The position numbers and the translations under genes were made by a program. Shown one piece after another: positions 49,326-59,981 of a DNA stretch of 64,000 bases. Source of the stretch: a virus; the IMG/VR virus record IMGVR_UViG_3300016665_000619, positions 27,088 to 91,087 of that record; one strand, 5' to 3'. The notes below the pieces were generated by a model, which had not been told where the DNA came from, did no database searches, and was given only the letters and a program-made list of their open reading frames with translations. Numbering within the stretch: position 1 is the first letter of the stretch; each line of letters opens with the position of its first letter.

Positions 49326-52106
49326 ATGCCTACCCTTGATCAATTTGAAACCGAACCATACGTCACCTACTCTGGGTCATATACAGATCAAGTTTATTAT
49401 GGTTCAGTCTTTAACGACAACTATTCCACAAATCGCAGTGTTGTAGCTCTTAAAACAACGGGCATTATATCATCATCTTTTTTTGCTAAAGATTTTGGTC
49501 GTTCAGAACAGTTTGGCTATGTTTCTGGTGCATACGTATCAAGTCGCACGCAAAATTTCGCAACTAATTACTATAGCACAGAGTTAATATATAATTCTTT
49601 AACTCCCTCTCCAATTGGTATTGTAAATGCCAACAATCAATTGTTGCCATATTTGGCAACAACTTCAAGTTGGAAACAAATATTTTCTTCAAGTTTAGAT
49701 GCTGCACCAAGTATATTTCGACCAAGGTTGACAGAAAATGCAGCCCATGTGTTTTTAACAGCTCAAGCAACGGATATTCCAAATCCAAGTGGACCAGGAA
49801 ATTTCCTAACTGTTCCAATTAAATCTTTTGCCAATACAAATTGGCTATATGAGTTTCCGTTCCAATCAAAATACAAAAAGCTTGAAAAATATTTTGGTAC
49901 TGCTCTAGATAACGTTGCAATTGACGTTGATCTATATTCTGGTAGTTTTATTTCGCCGCCACTTAAAACAAATCAACTTGGTTCTTTGTTTTATGCATAT
50001 GGCGATGGGACATTTAAAAGATATGTGCAGTATTCACAAATTTGGCACGCTTTTGGCACAAATGTCACAAATGTGCCTGAACATTATCACGTTCAAACAA
50101 AAACTTATAATAACTTACAGAAAATATACTATAGCAATTTTTCAGAAACTAACGTCAGTTCAGCGTATGTTGCATTTGGACAATATGGAACGATTATAAC
50201 AAGTTCTTCTGGATTATCGAATACTTGGAAAACCATATGTGCTGAACACGGAGATGATTCTTCCATTTCTCCAAGCCCATATGAAAATGCAATACAAATT
50301 GATTCGTGGCCAAGTGTCCCAACCGGCTCAATTAGAGACGCTTTGGCTGTTGGATATTATAATGGATCCACGACCGGAAACCACTTGCAATGGCTTTTGA
50401 TTGTAGAAGATGGAAATACGGGTTATGGAAAAGTTGTTTGCTCAAAAGTTGCAACACATGGAACAAACAAAATTCCAACTAAAAATCAATGGGAATATAT
50501 ACACATTGAAACTGGAATTAATCTATATCAATATGCTACAAAAAATCCTGGGGGCTTGCAAGTAAGCGAAATTACTCCAAGAGAAATATGTGTTGTTGGC
50601 GAATATGAGGATGAATTTGCAGTTAAAAGCGGATATATTGGATATGCCGTAGCATCAGTAAATTCAACAACGACAGGAACAATTTGGCGTAGAAACACAG
50701 GAGGTTCAGTAGCAAGCAAAACAGACGTTGTTTGGTATTCAGTAACTTCAGGCAATTCGTTCACGGGTGCTACTCCTACCCCAAATTATTTTTGGGTTTG
50801 TGGAGCTGACAATGGTGTAAGTCCTGCTGTTGGTATTATCGCTCGTGCATTGGCGGCTGCACCCGAGTATAATCAAAATTATTCAAATATGACACCAGCA
50901 TCCCCATCTCCACTTCCAATAACTCGAGCAATAACATATGACCAACATATTGGCGGCGCAAATGGAAAACTAATATGCGTGGGAGATAATGGTTTAATAT
51001 TAACAAGCACTAACTTGGGAACAACATGGACCCAGCAAACTCCTGCCGGTGGTTATTCTGGTAATTTTGTCGATGTTAAAGTCGTATATGATCAAGACGG
51101 GACCAACACTCAGTTGCAGTCTGGATATTATGTTATAGTTGGTGATGACGGCGAAATACAATACAGCACAGATGCTGGGGTAACTTGGACTAAAAGCGTA
51201 ACTCAATATCCAAATAGAATTTCCGGTTCTTCTGGCTTGGGTTCTTCTTTGAATTCTTTTGGAACAAAAAACATACAATACACTTCTACAAACAGAAATA
51301 ATTCAATTAAAAATTATTATGCTGGTTCGATAGAAAGAGTATATAATCCTTCATTAGACGAGCCGCCATTAACAATGGCTGTAGGAGGCGTCAGCACTCA
51401 CGATTTTAATGAAAAAAAATATAACAATGGAATATTTGACGCATATGACACAGTTTTGGTTTGTAAATTAGCAGATGCCTCTGGAAGTTGGGACAATCGG
51501 GCAGAAGATTTCTTGCCGCACTATTTGAATCCTCTTTATTCTCCTATGCAAAATGCAAAATATTGCAAGCCAACAAATTATGACTATAACAAATGTTTCT
51601 TTGGTTATGGGGATGGTTTTAGTTTAGATTTAACAAACTGGCAATATGGAGGAGTCCTTGATGTTGGTAAAAAAGGAAAGACACCAAGTTTCCTTGACTG
51701 GAGTCCTTATGATGTTTATGGGCACGTCGATGTGCCACAGTTTAATTTATATGGACCACAAATACGTGGCTGGAAATATGGACTATATAGCGGAGTTAAT
51801 GTTTCTACAAACGCAATATATAGACGTGGGAGATATGGACAGTTTAGAGACAGACTAGAACAAAGAATATTCACAAAATATATTACGATGAATGGTCCAA
51901 ATCCATACACTTATCCTATAAGTTTTGAAAAGATGACTTCTGATGGACCAATAAATGTTACGTTTGTTACGGGAACATTAATATATTCTCAATCAGTTGA
52001 TTATGTAACAGCAACAAATCCAAGTTATAATCCATATGATAGCGGTATTTATGATTACGAATATCGTAGTGGACAACCCTTCTTCGATAGAGGGAACGAG
52101 GATTGA
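49326..52106 (+). CDS. Structural protein with BNR/Asp-box-like beta-propeller repeats (candidate receptor-binding)
   Basis: VGDNGLILTSTNLGTTWT, VGDDGEIQYSTDAGVTWT, FGQYGTIITSSSG...TW. Confidence 0.65.
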   Translation: MPTLDQFETEPYVTYSGSYTDQVYYGSVFNDNYSTNRSVVALKTTGIISSSFFAKDFGRSEQFGYVSGAYVSSRTQNFATNYYSTELIYNSLTPSPIGIVNANNQLLPYLATTSSWKQIFSSSLDAAPSIFRPRLTENAAHVFLTAQATDIPNPSGPGNFLTVPIKSFANTNWLYEFPFQSKYKKLEKYFGTALDNVAIDVDLYSGSFISPPLKTNQLGSLFYAYGDGTFKRYVQYSQIWHAFGTNVTNVPEHYHVQTKTYNNLQKIYYSNFSETNVSSAYVAFGQYGTIITSSSGLSNTWKTICAEHGDDSSISPSPYENAIQIDSWPSVPTGSIRDALAVGYYNGSTTGNHLQWLLIVEDGNTGYGKVVCSKVATHGTNKIPTKNQWEYIHIETGINLYQYATKNPGGLQVSEITPREICVVGEYEDEFAVKSGYIGYAVASVNSTTTGTIWRRNTGGSVASKTDVVWYSVTSGNSFTGATPTPNYFWVCGADNGVSPAVGIIARALAAAPEYNQNYSNMTPASPSPLPITRAITYDQHIGGANGKLICVGDNGLILTSTNLGTTWTQQTPAGGYSGNFVDVKVVYDQDGTNTQLQSGYYVIVGDDGEIQYSTDAGVTWTKSVTQYPNRISGSSGLGSSLNSFGTKNIQYTSTNRNNSIKNYYAGSIERVYNPSLDEPPLTMAVGGVSTHDFNEKKYNNGIFDAYDTVLVCKLADASGSWDNRAEDFLPHYLNPLYSPMQNAKYCKPTNYDYNKCFFGYGDGFSLDLTNWQYGGVLDVGKKGKTPSFLDWSPYDVYGHVDVPQFNLYGPQIRGWKYGLYSGVNVSTNAIYRRGRYGQFRDRLEQRIFTKYITMNGPNPYTYPISFEKMTSDGPINVTFVTGTLIYSQSVDYVTATNPSYNPYDSGIYDYEYRSGQPFFDRGNED

Positions 52107-52107
52107 T

Positions 52108-53073
52108 ATGGCTGGATTATTAGACCCGAAGACCCGAGTATTAGATACCATTATTACAAACGAAGGCAGAAGACAAGCTGCTTCCGGAAAAATGAATATC
52201 GAATATGTTTCCTTTAGCGATGCAAGCGCCATATACGCTCTAGATACTCTTGTCTCTGGCGGACTAGACTTCACATCAAGAATAACTTTTGAAGCCGGTA
52301 ATTTACCCCAGGACAGCATTGTTTTTGAAACAGATGATAGCGGCAATCTATTGGCAAACTTTGTAGATGGAGACAGCGGATATCGAGTAAGAGCCGGTAA
52401 GATATTTCAAGATTTAACTGGTTCTACCAGGTTTCAAGCGCCATTTATAAGCGGCTCACAGTTTGCCTCATTAGCAACAACTCTATTAAGTTCATCCCTT
52501 CAAAATTTTCAAAAGCTTTCAATACTAGCTAGCCCAGATCCATTGGATATAAATTTTAACGAATTTATTATCGACAAAACACAACTAACTTATAAAATAA
52601 CAGATAACAATCCAATATCTTCTGCCGGAATTCAAGAGATTGATGTTGATAAAATAGAAAGCATATTTTTTGACAAAAGACTTTCTCATGTGCCAAATTT
52701 TCAATATTTGCCGCCAATAAACAAACCAAGAACAGGCAGAAATAATTCCATGGTTCTTGGAACATACAAGAACTTAAATCAAGCTCCATATGTTTCATAT
52801 GCGGATTTAGCTTCAGAGTTAAGTGCTTCTCAGAAAGCTGGATACAGTTATGATGTTGAGTTTATTGAAACTTCTCGTCAAAATAACTTATTATGCCAAT
52901 TTTTCGAAGTATACAATGATGGAATGAAAAAACTAGATGTTATTGATTTTGGTATATTTTCTCCGGATCAAAATGGCATTGCACATCATGTGTTTTTCGT
53001 TGGAAAAGTATTTATAGACAGCAATAACACTCCAACTTTTGTTAACATGTTTACATTGGTTTGGGAACTATAG
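52108..53073 (+). CDS. Conserved tail/baseplate-region protein
   Basis: Start ATG 52108 (GAGG SD); N-terminal LD.I.T.EGR motif shared with 61929..62642. Confidence 0.6.
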   Translation: MAGLLDPKTRVLDTIITNEGRRQAASGKMNIEYVSFSDASAIYALDTLVSGGLDFTSRITFEAGNLPQDSIVFETDDSGNLLANFVDGDSGYRVRAGKIFQDLTGSTRFQAPFISGSQFASLATTLLSSSLQNFQKLSILASPDPLDINFNEFIIDKTQLTYKITDNNPISSAGIQEIDVDKIESIFFDKRLSHVPNFQYLPPINKPRTGRNNSMVLGTYKNLNQAPYVSYADLASELSASQKAGYSYDVEFIETSRQNNLLCQFFEVYNDGMKKLDVIDFGIFSPDQNGIAHHVFFVGKVFIDSNNTPTFVNMFTLVWEL

Positions 53074-53080
53074 GAACAAT

Positions 53081-55537
53081 ATGGTATTACCTGTTTTAAA
53101 TAAACAAACTCCACAAACAAAAGTTATTAAGCAAGACACAGTAAACCCTGTGCTAACAAAAGTCATAAGTGGTCTAGCTGTATATCGACTAACTTATTCT
53201 TTTAATCCAAAACTTGCAGAAGCTTTAAAAGCAGTATCTCTAACCATTAGTGTATCTACCGAACTTGGCAACAACAGCAGAAAGCCGCAAATAATCAAAG
53301 GCTCAAACCCTGAGACTATCGTAGACAACATTCTGCAACAAGTTAATATATATCAAAATTTATCATATGGCAGAAACAACTATGCATTCTCGGTAAGAAG
53401 AGATATTCGCAAATATTATTCTGCAAATGATATCAAAAATACAGATTTATATACTCGAGTTTTTGTTAATGAAAAAGTAGGTGCATTAAATGCACTCAAT
53501 CAAAATGCAAACACAAACAACTTAAATATAAATTCGAATCTATTGTTAAATGTTGCTCCGAGCAAGTTTAATTTAAGAAAACAGCTTAATAACTTAAGGT
53601 ATTCTCAAAAAATTGATCCAGCGAGCTTGTATATTGGAGGAACAAATGCGATTGTTCCACTTACAAAAACGTTTAATGGAGTTAAACCTCTTCCAAACTT
53701 TACTCAAAGTGAATTGTTTAGAAATAATTCTAGAGTAAAAAACGTTATATCTGCTGCGTTATCTAAAACGACTATTGATACTCAAGGAAGTCTTCCAGAA
53801 GATACGTATATTACCACAATTAAAAAAGTGGCAACAGACACAATTAACGTTGCCGACAAATTGATTATACCAGTCAATATTCTTGGAAAATCTGATTTCA
53901 AATTAGTGTTCGAACTATTTGATATCAATGAAAAAAGAGTTCAAAAGTTTGAAACTTTTGTATCTCATAACACCAACCTTAATACTTTGTTTATAACAAT
54001 TCCTCCAAGAATATCTAAAAAAAATAACGGCGGCACATCTGGTAACACATTATTGATAGAGCAACTAGATCCTTTCGCAAAGGGAATTGAAGTCTACAGA
54101 AGAACTTTATTTTCTCAAGAGAATGAACCTATAGCAAATTATAAAAAAATAGCAGACATTCCTCTAACAGCAGGAATGGATCCGTATACTTTCAAAGATA
54201 ACGTTGTAACAAATAATGATATTATCTATCGTTTTATTCCATATAATGAAGACAAATCTTTGGCTTCTGTATTTAGCACAATATTGATACCAAATGAAAG
54301 TCGTTCTATTCCAAGAAAAGTAACAAAAAGAAGAAGTTTTTGTGTTTTAGATTATTCTACTGATGTTGATTCTTTAATTGTTAAAGCATCAGACGTTCCG
54401 GTTGAAGCCGTCGCTATTTGTTTCTACAGAAGAAATAAGACTATTAATGAGAAAAATTTTACTCGTATTTCAAACATAATTCGTGTTCAATCAAACAGCA
54501 TATTGCCTATGAGATTGGTTGATCAGAAAGTAAAAAAATACAATGTTTATGAATATAAGATTGGCATAATCTATCTGGACGGAATTGAGCAATTAGCTCC
54601 ACAACTGTTAACGGTAGAATATAGACCTATCGATAAAAACATAGCAACTGCAAACATTGTAAATCTTCAAAACTCTACGTATGGAAATGGTATACCAGAC
54701 GTTACGTTCAATGTAACTTATAGCGTTAACAATAATCAAGCAGAAGATTTGAAAAAACTATTAACTGCTCAAAATTTACTAGCAGAATATGGACAAGATA
54801 TAATAGATAACAAACAAAAATTACAAAATTTGTTTGCCTATAAAGTTTTAAGACTCAATCAAACGACAAGTGAAATAGAAGATTTTGGAGTTATAACTGA
54901 TACAGTTTTTTCTGATAGAAAACAAGGAATATCTAAAGGAATTAAACCTTTGGTACCTGGGGTTCAATACAAATATACGATATCGACATTGTTAAGAGAT
55001 CCGGAAACGTTATATCCTACAAGCCATAGAACTGTTGCTAAAACAGTTAAAGAAAGCAGAAAAAATCTTAATCTTGTAAAGACATATGAATTTTATCCAT
55101 ATGAATGGGTTCAGCCAGTAACTTTTAGAAATGGGACATTATATACTGATAGTTCTATAGTTAGAAGTTATCCTCAAACGTTACCTTCATTTGAATTTGG
55201 ACCGGTAGTTGATATAAAAGAGATTACAATATCAGTTGCCGAAGATTTACCAAAAATTACAAATGCTGTTGCAAATGCTATTAGAAATAGAGGATGTTTG
55301 CTCGAATGGAACGTAGTTGGAAACAATAAAAAAATCGATTATTTCATTATAACTCGTGATATGTCTGGTTTGAAAACTATAGTTGGTGCAGCTCACAGTA
55401 TAACTTCTACAGGAAATTACTTGTTTCTAGATCAGTTTAACAATAACGAAAAAGGTCCAGCTACATACTTTATAACTCCTGTATATTACAATGATATACA
55501 AGGCACTGCATCACAAACAAACAGAATTGTCATATAA
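53081..55537 (+). CDS. Hypothetical structural protein with Fn3-like repeats
   Basis: Repeated VYRR...F.D..V....Y.Y beta-sandwich patterns; AGGA SD before 53081. Confidence 0.55.
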   Translation: MVLPVLNKQTPQTKVIKQDTVNPVLTKVISGLAVYRLTYSFNPKLAEALKAVSLTISVSTELGNNSRKPQIIKGSNPETIVDNILQQVNIYQNLSYGRNNYAFSVRRDIRKYYSANDIKNTDLYTRVFVNEKVGALNALNQNANTNNLNINSNLLLNVAPSKFNLRKQLNNLRYSQKIDPASLYIGGTNAIVPLTKTFNGVKPLPNFTQSELFRNNSRVKNVISAALSKTTIDTQGSLPEDTYITTIKKVATDTINVADKLIIPVNILGKSDFKLVFELFDINEKRVQKFETFVSHNTNLNTLFITIPPRISKKNNGGTSGNTLLIEQLDPFAKGIEVYRRTLFSQENEPIANYKKIADIPLTAGMDPYTFKDNVVTNNDIIYRFIPYNEDKSLASVFSTILIPNESRSIPRKVTKRRSFCVLDYSTDVDSLIVKASDVPVEAVAICFYRRNKTINEKNFTRISNIIRVQSNSILPMRLVDQKVKKYNVYEYKIGIIYLDGIEQLAPQLLTVEYRPIDKNIATANIVNLQNSTYGNGIPDVTFNVTYSVNNNQAEDLKKLLTAQNLLAEYGQDIIDNKQKLQNLFAYKVLRLNQTTSEIEDFGVITDTVFSDRKQGISKGIKPLVPGVQYKYTISTLLRDPETLYPTSHRTVAKTVKESRKNLNLVKTYEFYPYEWVQPVTFRNGTLYTDSSIVRSYPQTLPSFEFGPVVDIKEITISVAEDLPKITNAVANAIRNRGCLLEWNVVGNNKKIDYFIITRDMSGLKTIVGAAHSITSTGNYLFLDQFNNNEKGPATYFITPVYYNDIQGTASQTNRIVI

Positions 55538-55555
55538 TACTATTTATAAAAGCCT

Positions 55556-58500
55556 ATGTCAATTAACATAAGAAAAACAACCGGAAATGATGCGGGTATT
55601 GTTACAGAACCAGCCAAAGAGACTATAGGCAATTCAGTTGCCTCTGGCGTTAATGAGACTCTAGATGTTACATTTGCCAGCTTGGTTAATCGCATACCAA
55701 ATACAAAAAACTTTAACTACGTTGCGCCGCCCAATGTCAGTTATAACGTCCGTAAAATCGATTCGAAGACGTTGTATGCTTTGTTGAATCAAAAGCCTTT
55801 AAAGGGCGGCAGGACCGTGCCGTCGCTTATTTCTTACACCCCTTCCCTAGAAGAAACCAGTGCAAAATTATCTCAGGATTCCTTAAACGTTTCAACTTTA
55901 ACATCTACCGATAATCAATTGCAATTTGTTAATAGCGCAGGAGTAGCAGGACAAGACTTGCGTCCAGAACTAATATCTGTTTTGGATCTGGCTCCGATGT
56001 GGAAAGCTTTTACAAACTCAGCAAACACAGATTCTATCTTACAAAGACAGTATACTGATTCTGGTTTGTTCTTAAAATTTCAATATCAAACGAAACAATT
56101 AAGACAAGATAACTTAATAAGCCTCATTAAAAATATAAAAGCTTCGAATAACCAATCAAACCCATTCGGTCCTGTTCGAAATGATTATCTTGCAGAAATA
56201 CAACTAGTTCAGAACAATCTCAACTACTACAAGAATGTTTTGGACAACATAAACACCATCAAAAAATCATTTGAAATCAGGCTAATTCCAGAAGAAAATT
56301 ACAAAGTTAATCAAACCGCCATATCTTCTCTAAAGAAATATTTCATTGAAAATATGAAATATACAGAACAACAATATTCTGTATTTTCTGAAACAAAATT
56401 GTTCTTGCAGCTTCTTTACGATTTTAAAATAAGATTGCAAAATTATTCTTTCTCACTTTTAGATCGATTGAATCTAGGAAGACTTAATGATATCAATCCT
56501 ATAAACATCGATTTAAGCCAAGAATCTGTTGGTTTTAGTTTTGATATATCAAACTTCCAATCACAAAATAATGCAATATTGAACGCTGCGGATCCTTCTG
56601 TTTTTAACAAATTTTTAAGTTTGCTACCGGCAGATACAGACGCTAGAATAAAACTTTTAACTTATTTATTAGCAAAAGAATATGTTGTTTCAAGCGGTCT
56701 TGGTAATTCAAAAAATCAAACACTTTTAAACAAATTTAATGCTCCAAACGTTGGCAATCCATTTAATGCAATACTTGGAGATATACCGGTAAACATATTG
56801 CAAGCGCCAAATAGTAGAACAGGAATCTCATCATTGACATATGTGCCAATATCTGGTCAGAGCAATGTTAATGTGCTACCATTCGAAACAAAATATATTA
56901 ACGATCCTAACAACTCAAATATAGTATGGATTCCAGGAGAATCATATTATTCGGAACAAATAATAAAGCCATCTGGAACTGAGTGGAATACAGAACCATA
57001 TACATCATACATCAGCAATTATAATGCAATTATTGAGAATGCGTCCGATCTATTAATTAATCTTTTCAACATTCAAGATTCGAATGTAAATTCCATAGAC
57101 AAGCTTTTGAATCCATCAGAGCTTAATAAAAAAATATTAGAAGCATTTTATGTAGCTTTTGATAAAGTTACTGAAACAGAAGAAGAAGTTGCAAGCAGGT
57201 TAGATCCGGCAAAATATCTTAAAAAGCTAGCTTTAGAACAAACAAAAAAAGAACTTACTGAACAGCTAGCTGAAGAACAGAAAAAGATCCCCGATGGTAA
57301 TATTACTTACGGCGGAGATGTGGCAGGAACAGCAACATCAACAACTGACGGCAATTTTCTTGGAGATCAGTCCAAGAACAGTGTCGGGAATATTTATCAA
57401 TCTAATGATGCATCTGTAAATAAAGCAATTGAAGATATAAAAAATCCACCTATCATTAAAGCTTTACAGAAAAGAATCGATGACATTACAAGGCAAATTA
57501 ACGAACTAAATGTTCCAGATCCGACTGTCTTAGAAGTTACTACAGAGCAAGCTCTAATAATGAACATTTTCAGTTCAGCAAACTCTAATCCAGAATTAAA
57601 GCTTTACCTTTTTTCATTCTGTATTCTTGCTGGTCTTATTAGAAATGTTCCGGAACAAAATAATAGCTTGTTTAACATAATAGCCAGAAACGAAATACAG
57701 ACAACTCTAAACTTACAGCCACCTGTTTTTCCAGCAACAGCTTTAGCAGCCGCCTTCGGAGTCACTAATGCCTTGAATGAATTGCAACAAGGTATACCGA
57801 CAACAGATGGCAAAAATCTCATTCTTGTTTTGAAAGCTTTGGCTGAAAGAATATCAAACATATATCGTTCTAGTTTAAAACCAGAGTCTGCTGATTCACC
57901 AAGTGTATCTGGTTTCAACAGTGGCAAAGAGATTAATGTTTTTATTAGCATAGATGATATAAGCGAAGTGCTTACAAAGGCAGCTCTTGGGCAAGGTCCA
58001 TTTGGAAATGTTAACTTAATATATCAATACATTAATTTGGCAAATTCTTTGTTTGAATCTGCGCAGGTCAATGGTTCGAATGTGCATTTGCTTAATGATA
58101 ACTCTGGAAGAACAAGATTGAGCTCATTAAGTTGTAGCACTCAATTGTTCATGTTATATGAAATATTTTGTCAATACTCTAAAAAATATTCTTTTATAAA
58201 GCCAAAAGGAACAAGCAGCCAAGACGTGTTTGGAAAAGTTCAATTGAGTGAAGGTGGCGACCTAATAGCAACGGTTGCTGCTGAAGCAGGAGGGGATGAA
58301 GCTACTAACGATGGAAGAGTTGATGTATTGTTGAAAGTAACAACATCTTCAGAGACAAAAACAGGAATTATTAACATCGTTAATTTGGCAATCGATTTAA
58401 CAAATACCGGCATGGTTCAAAAAGCAATTGGATTACTAGGCGGAGATGTTAAAGAAGAAGATGCTCAAAAAGAACGAAGCAATAATCCATATTTCGTATC

Positions 58501-59971
58501 TCTAGAGAATAACAAGAAAAAGATTCAACAAGAATACAACGATATATTAAATATATTGGGCATATACAAGACAATTGGTAATAACTTGAATCTTTCATTA
58601 AACCAAGTTAAACAATTCTTTACTCAGGACGGATTAAAAGCCTTCTTAAAAACAAGTCCAATAACAAACTTAAATTTAATTAAGAACGTTTCACAGTTGC
58701 GTATATCGGCACAAACATTTGAAGAAATAAAGCAAAAAACAAATGTTCCGCTAGAATTTGTTTCGAATCCTGGTGGTGGTAGCAATTCGACCACCGATAT
58801 AAAAGATATCGAAATGATTGTATCCGATGCAATAGTTCCGGAAGAGTATGCTGCATTAGAAAAGATGCTTGAAAACTATAAACCAACGACAAATTTTGGT
58901 GAAGCTGATATTAAAAGAAACTACAAGATATTGTCAGTAGGGTTGCCTACCGGTTTTACAAAATATCTTACGGATAGAATCAACATAAGAGATATAAATG
59001 ACAAAACTTTCCAAGAAAGACAAGGAGACTTAATTTATATAAATGCTTATGTTCGAAATGCAAAATATCCAAATCTTATTTTTAAGCCTACAAAGCTGAT
59101 ATTCGATTCAAGTCTTTTTGTTACAAAAAAGAATATAGTAGACACCAAACCACAGGTAGGAGAAAGATATTTGGATATTCTTGAACGTTTAACTGTTAGC
59201 GATTTTGAAAATCCATTTAATCCTTCAAATGTAACTTTGGATTCAATTAGAAAAGATCCAAAATATGGCTTCTTATCTGAAGAACAGAAAAAAGAACTTT
59301 TCGTTAATCATATGAATAGCTATCTATTTGGATTGTATATGAGTATGACTACTGGTGTAAAGCCAACAGAAGATACTTTTACGTATCCAGAAGCTCCAGG
59401 GCGAGTTCTTAATCCAAAAGCGAGAGCATTAGTAGACACTTATATTAAACAGTTGAACTTAACTGCTCCAAACAATTCAAATACAACAGCTCAAATATTA
59501 GCGAATCCTGACATTAACGATAGTGTAAAGGATTTGTATCGACTTTTTACCTACGGAAGCGTTGTGTTTAATCAAGGAGAAGTTATTAATCGTGTGCTGT
59601 ATCCAAAACTTTTTGATAGAATATTTTATATTCCAATTCAGATGTACGTATTAGAAATAGACATTGAAAAAACAAAACTTTTAAATCCGGATATTAGTTC
59701 TTTACTGACACCATTAGGAAACAAAGTCATATATCGAAAAGAAGGGCAAAATAACAAATATTATCTTGTAGACGGTAAAGCGGATGAATTCATACTTAGA
59801 GATGTCTTTGTTCAGATAGAAACTGCGGCAGATACCAGACAAGCTACTATAGTTCCAACAATTACTCAAATTTCTTCTGGAACAAATATGAAAAGAGTTG
59901 CCTCAACATTACGTAATGCGTTAATCACTCAAGGATTAAACAACAACATAACTAGAAAAAAACTTTTATAA
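55556..59971 (+). CDS. Large hypothetical (structural) protein
   Basis: 1471-aa ORF, N/L/I-rich, central coiled-coil segments; no recognised motif. Confidence 0.6.
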   Translation: MSINIRKTTGNDAGIVTEPAKETIGNSVASGVNETLDVTFASLVNRIPNTKNFNYVAPPNVSYNVRKIDSKTLYALLNQKPLKGGRTVPSLISYTPSLEETSAKLSQDSLNVSTLTSTDNQLQFVNSAGVAGQDLRPELISVLDLAPMWKAFTNSANTDSILQRQYTDSGLFLKFQYQTKQLRQDNLISLIKNIKASNNQSNPFGPVRNDYLAEIQLVQNNLNYYKNVLDNINTIKKSFEIRLIPEENYKVNQTAISSLKKYFIENMKYTEQQYSVFSETKLFLQLLYDFKIRLQNYSFSLLDRLNLGRLNDINPINIDLSQESVGFSFDISNFQSQNNAILNAADPSVFNKFLSLLPADTDARIKLLTYLLAKEYVVSSGLGNSKNQTLLNKFNAPNVGNPFNAILGDIPVNILQAPNSRTGISSLTYVPISGQSNVNVLPFETKYINDPNNSNIVWIPGESYYSEQIIKPSGTEWNTEPYTSYISNYNAIIENASDLLINLFNIQDSNVNSIDKLLNPSELNKKILEAFYVAFDKVTETEEEVASRLDPAKYLKKLALEQTKKELTEQLAEEQKKIPDGNITYGGDVAGTATSTTDGNFLGDQSKNSVGNIYQSNDASVNKAIEDIKNPPIIKALQKRIDDITRQINELNVPDPTVLEVTTEQALIMNIFSSANSNPELKLYLFSFCILAGLIRNVPEQNNSLFNIIARNEIQTTLNLQPPVFPATALAAAFGVTNALNELQQGIPTTDGKNLILVLKALAERISNIYRSSLKPESADSPSVSGFNSGKEINVFISIDDISEVLTKAALGQGPFGNVNLIYQYINLANSLFESAQVNGSNVHLLNDNSGRTRLSSLSCSTQLFMLYEIFCQYSKKYSFIKPKGTSSQDVFGKVQLSEGGDLIATVAAEAGGDEATNDGRVDVLLKVTTSSETKTGIINIVNLAIDLTNTGMVQKAIGLLGGDVKEEDAQKERSNNPYFVSLENNKKKIQQEYNDILNILGIYKTIGNNLNLSLNQVKQFFTQDGLKAFLKTSPITNLNLIKNVSQLRISAQTFEEIKQKTNVPLEFVSNPGGGSNSTTDIKDIEMIVSDAIVPEEYAALEKMLENYKPTTNFGEADIKRNYKILSVGLPTGFTKYLTDRINIRDINDKTFQERQGDLIYINAYVRNAKYPNLIFKPTKLIFDSSLFVTKKNIVDTKPQVGERYLDILERLTVSDFENPFNPSNVTLDSIRKDPKYGFLSEEQKKELFVNHMNSYLFGLYMSMTTGVKPTEDTFTYPEAPGRVLNPKARALVDTYIKQLNLTAPNNSNTTAQILANPDINDSVKDLYRLFTYGSVVFNQGEVINRVLYPKLFDRIFYIPIQMYVLEIDIEKTKLLNPDISSLLTPLGNKVIYRKEGQNNKYYLVDGKADEFILRDVFVQIETAADTRQATIVPTITQISSGTNMKRVASTLRNALITQGLNNNITRKKLL

Positions 59972-59981
59972 AGATTAGAAA

